A stretch of 54,001 bases of DNA, counting the filler, from Trypethelium eluteriae (taxonomy: Eukaryota), in NCBI GenBank assembly GCA_051942245.1. It is 3 parts of 3 records of this genome, joined end to end, with 100 filler letters (N's around TTAATTAATTAA, not from the genome) between each part and the next. Parts side by side here need not be neighbours in the genome. Positions count along the whole stretch, not along the records: positions 36,091 to 54,001 come from JAVECL010000577.1; 2 more parts are not named here. One strand, given 5' to 3'. The notes under the pieces were generated by a model. That model was given only the letters and a program-made list of their open reading frames with translations, was not told the DNA's origin and ran no database searches. This document shows, one piece after another, positions 46,931 to 54,001 of the stretch (within the stretch, counting starts at the first letter, position 1; each line of letters opens with the position of its first letter). A program made the translations under genes and the position numbers.

Positions 46931-47015
46931 AGGCCTCGAGTCATCTCTGTAGCATATGGATGAAGGTGAGAGGGCTACTTCCTTCCTGTGGAGAGCGTAC
47001 TGTAGTATATACACA

Positions 47016-47957
47016 TTAAGACGGCAGCTCTACCGGATTGGAAGTCGCAGGCAGTTCAGTCGTTGGGTCCACTTTTCCGGCGCGCACTTCATGCCGAACG
47101 AGGGCATCGGGATCCAACTCTGCCTTGTGTACTTGGGTATCACCAAGCTCCGCCTTTTCGTAACCTTCTCTACTATCTTTATCTGGCTTGTGCCGCGCAC
47201 GTCGTTTCCGTCGGAAGAGCCACACTAAGATAGCCACCAATATTGCGACGCCAACTAAGACGCCGACGGCGATCCCGGCAGCTTTTGCACCACTGCTAAC
47301 TCCATCCTTGTGTTCCGAGTTTGGTGAAGAGGCTTGTGACGTTGCTGGAGCAGTACCGATTGCGCTGGTTGTTGAGCTCGCTAGGGCTGTTGATGTGGTC
47401 GACGTCGAGCTCGCTGATCCTGTACTAGAACTGCTCGGACTGGGCTCAATCAGATCTTTGTTGTTCTGGAAGACCTGGACACCGTCGAATCCTCCTCCGC
47501 TACCATACCAATCTTGAATATGGATCACGAACCCGGTTGTACTGCTTTCATTTACCCAATCAAACTCTTGCCATGTCGTATTGTCTTGCGGCAGCGGACA
47601 AGCCTGCGTACAAGTTTCTTGCTCGCCTGTGATTGGGTCTGTAAAGGTCAAGTTCATTATGGCTCCATTATCGAAATTAGTAAGAAAGAACGTCTTTGTG
47701 CCTCTGTCATCCTGTTCGGTGTTGTTGAGCAATAGTCTTGTCGGCTGGAAGCTCCGAGCCCATTCGAATTGAATCGATCCAGCGGTATTGTCTTGGAGCA
47801 ACCAAGTTTGGTTGTTTGCAAGATCAGAGGGGTTCATACCCGGCTGAGTATTGCTAGCGATAATGGTTGCTGAAGACAAGGAAATTGGATATGCAGATAC
47901 CGACTGTCGGCGAGATAGCACGTTTAAGGGAGTGGTGGAAGGATGAGACCAAGCCAT
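47016..47957 (-). CDS. Single-pass membrane protein with an isolated Rax2-like beta-sandwich domain, Ser/Thr stalk, TM helix and short cytoplasmic tail
   Basis: TWLLQDN..G, FQPTRLLLNNT.QDDRGTKTF, IMNLTFTDP.TG...C...CPL and DWYGSGGGFDGVQVFQ resemble the second domain of Rax2. Then an S/T-rich tract, TM GIAVGVLVGVAILVAILVWLF, RRKRR and a tail with repeated xEL(P/D/G) motifs. True start is probably 47991. Confidence 0.7.
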   Translation of the reverse strand: MAWSHPSTTPLNVLSRRQSVSAYPISLSSATIIASNTQPGMNPSDLANNQTWLLQDNTAGSIQFEWARSFQPTRLLLNNTEQDDRGTKTFFLTNFDNGAIMNLTFTDPITGEQETCTQACPLPQDNTTWQEFDWVNESSTTGFVIHIQDWYGSGGGFDGVQVFQNNKDLIEPSPSSSSTGSASSTSTTSTALASSTTSAIGTAPATSQASSPNSEHKDGVSSGAKAAGIAVGVLVGVAILVAILVWLFRRKRRARHKPDKDSREGYEKAELGDTQVHKAELDPDALVRHEVRAGKVDPTTELPATSNPVELPS

Positions 47958-49115
47958 TGCAATTAAAAATTAATTACAATCCACTTTTCATATACTTGTC
48001 TTATGACTTGAGCGCTTGAGCTTTGCTGATGTTCGATATCTTTCTTGAAAGAGGAATACGCCCGTACGTTGTGTGGGAAGGTTGGCTAAGGTGAGGGCGA
48101 GGCCTTCAAGTAGCGGATGAAGAGGTAGATATTAGGTAAATAAGAGGATTGGAGGAAATGACATGGTATTCCAACGGGATATGATTGAACGCATAAACCT
48201 CCTGTATGCTTAAAATCCTGCGCTTGTTCATGCTAAAGCACAGCCACCACTGTGCTGCAGGAACAATCAAGACCCTTTTGGCAGATGGCGGTGCCGACAC
48301 CTCGGCGTAGGCCATTATTGATCGTTTCAAGACTGTGAAACATGAGAGTAAGGGCGCTAGTGGGAGGGTGATGTATAGGGCGGTCCAGGTATTCTGTTGG
48401 CGGCTCGGTGAACGTGCCATGATATTGTGCTTTCAGCTTTAAGATCTGAAGAACATGGGAGACTCCGACCTTAATTGTGAAGAAATTATTGTTGGAAGAT
48501 TAGGCACCCAGGAGTCTGGCCAGGCTTAACCTAATTGCCTTGCGGTGATCTCATCTGGCGGCAACAATGAGGAGAAGACGAGTCAGCGCTCTGAAAACCG
48601 TACTCTACTTCTTTTCCACAACTCCAAAGTCATCTCCCATCTCCAATTTCCAGTACAAAAATTACAACAATCGGCCAGGGGCCCTTGAAATGAATATAAT
48701 GGAGTCTCTTGTGGTGAGTTCCGGGATAGCATGTCTCGGTAGCGAGTTCCAAGACTCGTCTACCGTTTTTAGCCGATTTCCTTACGTATCCACCAACCAA
48801 ATCTCGGGAGATCTCCACGCCCAGACGACCCGGCACACAATTCGGAATGCTTGCTCTCACCCAAAATCTTGAGCGTGAAATTCCTGTCACCCTCCGATCG
48901 AACCTGTGAACCCGGAGAGCTCTCCTCAATCCAAATCGCACTAAGAGCGGATCGATTACAATGGCTCCATTCTCGCAATATCTTAAGGTTGCGGCCAAAG
49001 CCCGGCTGCGCTCGGCGTGACCGTTCGCTTTGTTGACCTTGTTTGAGTTTGCTTTGTTGTGATCGTTTGGGTGGCCTTCTTTTTTCTGGAGTTTGAAGCA
49101 ACTGCATCATCGACA

Positions 49116-52100
49116 ATGAAGTTTGGACAGAATCTCCCTCGGAACCAGGTGCCCGAATGGGCTGCCTCGTACATCAATTACAAGAAGTTGAAGAAGCTTA
49201 TCAAAGCTGCTCAAGCTGCTGCCAAGCAAGAGACGGAGGTTGATCTTGCTGGTGACTCCTCACGTGTTTACCAAAGTCGGTGATAGCTGATCAAAGCAGG
49301 CTTCTTCTTTGCTCTTGATCGCAATTTGGAAGATGTTGATGAATTTTACAATAAGAAACATGCGGATAGTTCGCGTAGATTGAAACTCTTGCACGACCGA
49401 TACGGGGACGCTAAACAAAACCCGAGCGGCATCGATAGAGACGAAGCTGAAGATCTGATGGGAGCTCTCCTCGAGCTCCGTGGACAATTGAGAAAACTCC
49501 AGTGGTTCGGAGAAGTAAACCGCCGCGGCTTCACGAAGATCACGAAGAAATTCGATAAGAAGGTTCCGGGCTCCATCAATGCGCGAGAAAGGTACCTCGA
49601 AACAAAGGTCGATCCTCTACCCTTTGCCTCAAATTCCCAGCTGTCAAGAGATCTGAGTGAGGTCAACGAATGGCTATCGACCTTAGGAGAGGCAAAAGTA
49701 TTTGATGATACTGCTTCGATCCAGTCCTCGGCATCGTTGAAAAGAGTCTCATCGAAAGCGATCCCAAGCCTTCCTAAAGACCTACTTGATACGGTCGACC
49801 AAGCCGTTCGAAGTGACGATGCGTCTATCCTCTCGGAAGTTTTGCTCGAAGCTCCAGTCGAGAGCGAGGATTCCACTACTCCTTCGCAGACATTACTGCT
49901 CAATCTTTTGCAACGCTCAATCTCCTGCAAATCCAAAGCTTGCATTGATAGCTTGCTCAGAGATATCAATACACTTGATGAAGACGACGATGTTAATCGT
50001 CGCAATTGCATTCATCGCCTCGTCATAGCGATAGGACGATCGAAGACACTCGAGAACCAACAAAAGTCTGGCTTGCCGAACGATCTTGGCTTGGAGTCAA
50101 CAAAGTTTATTGCCCCAGCAGAGTCCCCTTTCCAACTGATCTCTGCACAACCATCGACTCCTCCAGCAAGCGAAAAATCTCTAGATCAAAGCGATGACGG
50201 CGTCCAACTGCTAATTTACCTGCTAGATAGATTGCACCCTCGCCAAAGACCTGCCTTACAAGCTCGAGATGCTTATGGTCGTCTTCCGTTGCATTATGCG
50301 GCGCAGTATGGTTTTACTGTTATCTGCCAGGAAATTATCAAGCATATGCAAGACTGGGATCAATTTGACATGGCAGAGGGTATCGATGCTCCTGACTGGC
50401 AAGACTCCGAGGGATATACCCCTCTCCATCTCAGCGTTATGGGGGGACATGTGTTTGCAACAAAGGCATTGCTTGAGTCCGAGGATTGGCAAGGAGTCCG
50501 AAGCAGTAAAGCTTCGGTGCGGAAGGCTATTACGCGGTCTGGAGAGGCCCTTGCGCTTGCAACAAAATCAGACTTCACATCAATCGTCCAGCTCTTGGTC
50601 GATGCAGGAGTGGACATTAATTACCAGGACGATCAAGGTGAGACCGCACTGCACTTAGCCGCGCGCTTTGGGCACGAATTGTGCGCCGAAATTCTGATCG
50701 AAGGGACTAAGGCTCAGAAAGCCGACTTAGAGATAGCAGAAAAGACTTTCTCCTGGACACCCCTATTTGTCGCTTGCGTGGAAGGTCACTTATCAGTTGT
50801 TGAACAGCTTATTGCTGCCGGCGCTGATCTCGAGGGATTTGACTCGTCCGGATGGTCGGCAAAGGAGCATGCTGCACTTCGAGGAAATCTCGAAATCTCG
50901 CGACGGCTGGCTGAACTGACAGCTCCAAGGGTAGAAAGCAACGAGTCTGGCGCCTCTCCTCGATCCTCGCTCGGTTCTGTATCTCCAGAGTTCCGTCCTG
51001 TTGGGGCAAAGGGGAGTGGACAGGGGACTTACAGATCCTCAGAGCCTGTCAAAACCTTTGGACATCGTTATCTAACGAATGACTCGATGGTGCTCGTAAG
51101 TCTGGGAACCATGGATAGTCGGAAAGAAGTGAATCCCATCAAGCTGGATCGAATTTCTATCGCAGATGCGCACGCCACCCAGCTCGATACCGCGCTTTCG
51201 GTGGTCATCTCAGCATCTGGTGCTGCAGGCGAGCTAACCGTCATTGACCTGCCGGTGCAAGAGAACATCAGCACGGATCCAGTAGCTTTCACTGCAGCAG
51301 ACCTTTCAAAGGTGAAGCTGCTGTTTGATATCATCCCTACTTATGCTGGCACTAATAGTAACGTCATTGGACGCGGTGTTGCTCTGCTATCGAGTTTGCG
51401 AACAAACATTGGCTCGAAACGCATTTCACTGCACGCGGACATAAGTGTCCCGATCGTAGCTGCAGCGACACTTGAAGTCATTGGATCGGTCAACTTCAAC
51501 TTCTTGATCGTTACTCCATTCACTCATCCAAACATGAAGATCTCAGAAGAGCACACGTATTGGAAGAAGATGGCTTCTACTATGGTAATTGGACACAGAG
51601 GACTCGGGAAGAATGTTGGTGCACGCAAATCTTTGCAGTTGGGTGAAAATACCATCCAGTCTTTTATTGCTGCAGCCAACTTGGGTGCGTCATACGTAGA
51701 ATTTGACGTTCAGATGACCAAGGATCTTGTGCCTGTCATCTACCACGATTTCCTTGTCAGCGAGACTGGCATCGATGCACCTGTCCACACCCTCACTCTC
51801 GAACAGTTCCTCCATGTTGGCAGCGGCCATGGGCCAAATCAATCTAGTTCTAGCTCTCCTACTACTGATACAAACTCCAGTAATGGTGATGCTCTTGGTC
51901 CTGGAACGTACAAGCGTCGTCAGTCATACTCAGCAGGCATGTCAGAAGAAAAATACACTACTGGCCTAAGTGAGCGCATGAAGCATACTCGTGATTTCAA
52001 AATCAAAGGCTTCAAAGGTAACAGCCGTGGTCACTCGATCAAAGCCCCCTTCACCACGCTCGAGGAGATGTTTAAGCAGCTCCCAGACTCGGTTGGCTTC

Positions 52101-52666
52101 AACATCGAGATGAAATATCCCATGCTCTTTGAATCTGAGGAGCAGGAAATGGACAACTACGCCGTCGAACTCAACTCGTTTGTCGATAATGTCCTTGCGA
52201 AGGTCTACGATTTGGGTGGGAAACGCAATGTTATTTTCAGTTCTTTCAACCCGGAGATCTGTATCTTGCTGTCGCTGAAGCAGCCTTCAATTCCGATCCT
52301 GTTCCTCACTGATGCGGGCACCTCGCCTACGGGAGACATACGGGCGGGTAGCCTGCAAGAGGCAATTCGATTTGCAGGGCGGTGGAATTTGCTGGGGGTG
52401 GTCAGCGCAGCGGAGCCATTGGTTCAATGTCCACGATTGGTCAAGGTGGTGAAGGAGAGTGGATTGGTCTGCGTAACGTATGGAACACATAATAATGATC
52501 CGGAGAATGTCAAGGCAAGTTCCAGTTCATCCTTGCTCCCTATGAAGAGGCATGCTAATATATTGCATAGCTCCAAGTAAAGGAGGGAATAGACGCAGTC
52601 ATTGTTGATAGCGTGCTGGCTATCCGTAAGGGGCTAACTGGCCTTGACGCGGAGCCCAACGCATAG
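49116..52666 (+). CDS. GDE1: Glycerophosphocholine phosphodiesterase Gde1 (SPX-ankyrin-GDPD), 3 exons
   Basis: SPX (MKFGQNLPRNQVPEW..YINYKKLKK), ankyrin repeats (GRLPLHYAA, GETALHLAA), GDPD (VIGHRG, ENTIQSF, VEFDVQ, FNIEMKYP). Exons 49116-49251, 49300-52514, 52571-52666; the last intron is GC-AG. Confidence 0.95.
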
Positions 52667-53085
52667 GTGAATGGTTATGGAAGTTGCAGAGCATCTCCAG
52701 TATTCCATTCTAACGACTTGACGCGACCAAGCAATCCTCGTGAAGTGTAGGAGAAAAGCGGGTTTCCTAAGGGTAAAGGTGGTCACTCTTGACTACATGC
52801 TCAGCTCAACCTGAGCCTCTCTTTGGATAGCTTATGAATACATTTCCGTGGTCACTAGTATTTTGGGATTGCAACAGCTATAGACCGCAAAAGACCCACC
52901 TAATCGTAGCGTGAATTAGAACGAACTAGAGGCAGAAAATTAAGCACAGACCGCCTACAACACGCAGTGCACGCTAGGATCGCGCAGAGCCGCACCTTAA
53001 ATTCTGCCGCACAGCGTTGACTTTTCGCGCCTCCGTAGGTACTGAGATAGCCTCCGTGATTCTCTCGACTCCCAAAACTGCCAAC

Positions 53086-53631
53086 ATGACTGTAAGTTGC
53101 TATCTGCTCATGCCATTCTCAGTGTTGTCCACCAGCACCTACTAACCTTTCCTAGTCAGTCGTACCACTCAATCCACGGCCGATGCTGCAATCACTGTAT
53201 GCACCCCTCTTCCGCCTCTACCAGCTGTGCTTTGCAGACACAATGGTTCACAGGGTCCTCGCACTACTAATTGATCCTGCATAGCGTCAATAGCGAAGTT
53301 CTTGTCCGCCTCAAATGGGGCGAGGACGAATACACGGGCCGCCTTGTCTCTGTCGACGCCTTCATGAACCTACAACTATCCGGGACCGTGGAGTGGAAAG
53401 ATGGCAAGAACACGGGTACATTGGGGCAGGTGCTGATACGGTGCGTATATCGGGCTTTGGTTCCTACAGTGGGTTGCAGGAGGTGGACATGGATCGATAT
53501 GAGCCCACAAGAGGAGCTTTATGGATCATAGAAAAATGCTGACTCAGGGTGCTTCCAGATGTAATAACGTACTGTGGATCTCAAAGAAACCTTCAACTGG
53601 GCAGAATGGGGATTCGGCGATGACTGGGTAA
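53086..53631 (+). CDS. SMX3: Small nuclear ribonucleoprotein F (SmF), 4 exons
   Basis: Spliced product [50 protein letters not shown]...[14 protein letters not shown]. Exons 53086-53091, 53156-53196, 53285-53440, 53559-53631. Confidence 0.92.
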
Positions 53632-53896
53632 AAGATGTAAAACCACAAGCATCATTTTCACGATATCAGACATGTTTGGTTAGAGTGTAAGAAGAGGACA
53701 TGGTCGAAATTCTAGGAACCATGCTCCCACAAGATGCGTGGCTGAGAATTCCAAGGGACCCCGAGTTCCAGGCGGAATGATTACTCGCCATCTCGACAGC
53801 TCCGAATTCTTCGCGTAGGGATCAAGCGGATTGTATTGTACAAGTACTACGGGAGAGAAAACCAACCGGTTCATCTTTCAAGATAGCAACACATAT

Positions 53897-54001
53897 CTAG
53901 TCCTCGACCTCCTCAATCAACCTCCTCTCTTCGCCGCTCTCCCAAACCTCCTTCTCGACATCCACACCCAATCCCCTCAACCGCTTCAACCGCAGCTCCC
54001 C
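53897..54001 (-). CDS. 3' end of a gene running off the window (possibly Rtp1/TANGO6-like)
   Basis: Reads ELRLKRLRGLGVDVEKEVWESGEERRLIEEVED*. The ending recalls fungal Rtp1 C-termini, but the fragment is too short to be sure. Confidence 0.4.
   Translation of the reverse strand, partial: GELRLKRLRGLGVDVEKEVWESGEERRLIEEVED

Noticed and set aside
41344..47014. Long antisense ORFs (41344-42087, 46031-47014; also 5211-5849 and 49346-50011)
   Set aside because: Shadow frames opposite well-supported conserved genes, favoured by high GC3; no recognisable domains.
49261..49266. CACGTG (Pho4/NUC-1 site) in GDE1 intron 1
   Set aside because: A single 6-mer that occurs several times in the window by chance; no supporting cluster.
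53441..53558. GGGCT...AGCCC-ACA hairpin in SmF intron 3 as an H/ACA snoRNA
   Set aside because: Only a 5-bp stem, with no second hairpin or H box evident.

Overview
Gene-dense genomic DNA of a filamentous ascomycete (Pezizomycotina; short GT-AG introns with CTAAC/CTGAC branch points; RIP-mutated transposon). It comprises three contigs joined by two artificial 100-nt spacers (N44-TTAATTAATTAA-N44). I read about 21 intact or partial protein genes by hand, many spliced and only partly shown in the ORF track. In order: guanine deaminase (3' end), RNPS1-like, profilin, TRF4/Cid14, a hidden 26-aa three-exon Cu-metallothionein, Pex23/Pex30-family peroxin, PAM16, intradiol dioxygenase, RNase H2B head-to-head with MCM10 (MCB boxes between them), a sulfotransferase-like fragment, several hypotheticals, a secreted beta-propeller, an alpha/beta hydrolase, ULA1, SHE4/CRO1, VPS11, a single-pass protein carrying an isolated Rax2-like domain, GDE1 and SmF. 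A ~5.5-kb Tad1-like LINE destroyed by RIP lies at ~30.5-36.0 kb, with a duplicated 5' end and an (AATC)n tail. The most unusual signals are the 'mini-Rax2' receptor-like gene with a frameshifted signal peptide, recurrent C-rich-to-G-rich strand-skew switches that ignore gene orientation, the micro-metallothionein, and several non-canonical splice sites. All family calls come from remembered motifs; no database searches were run.
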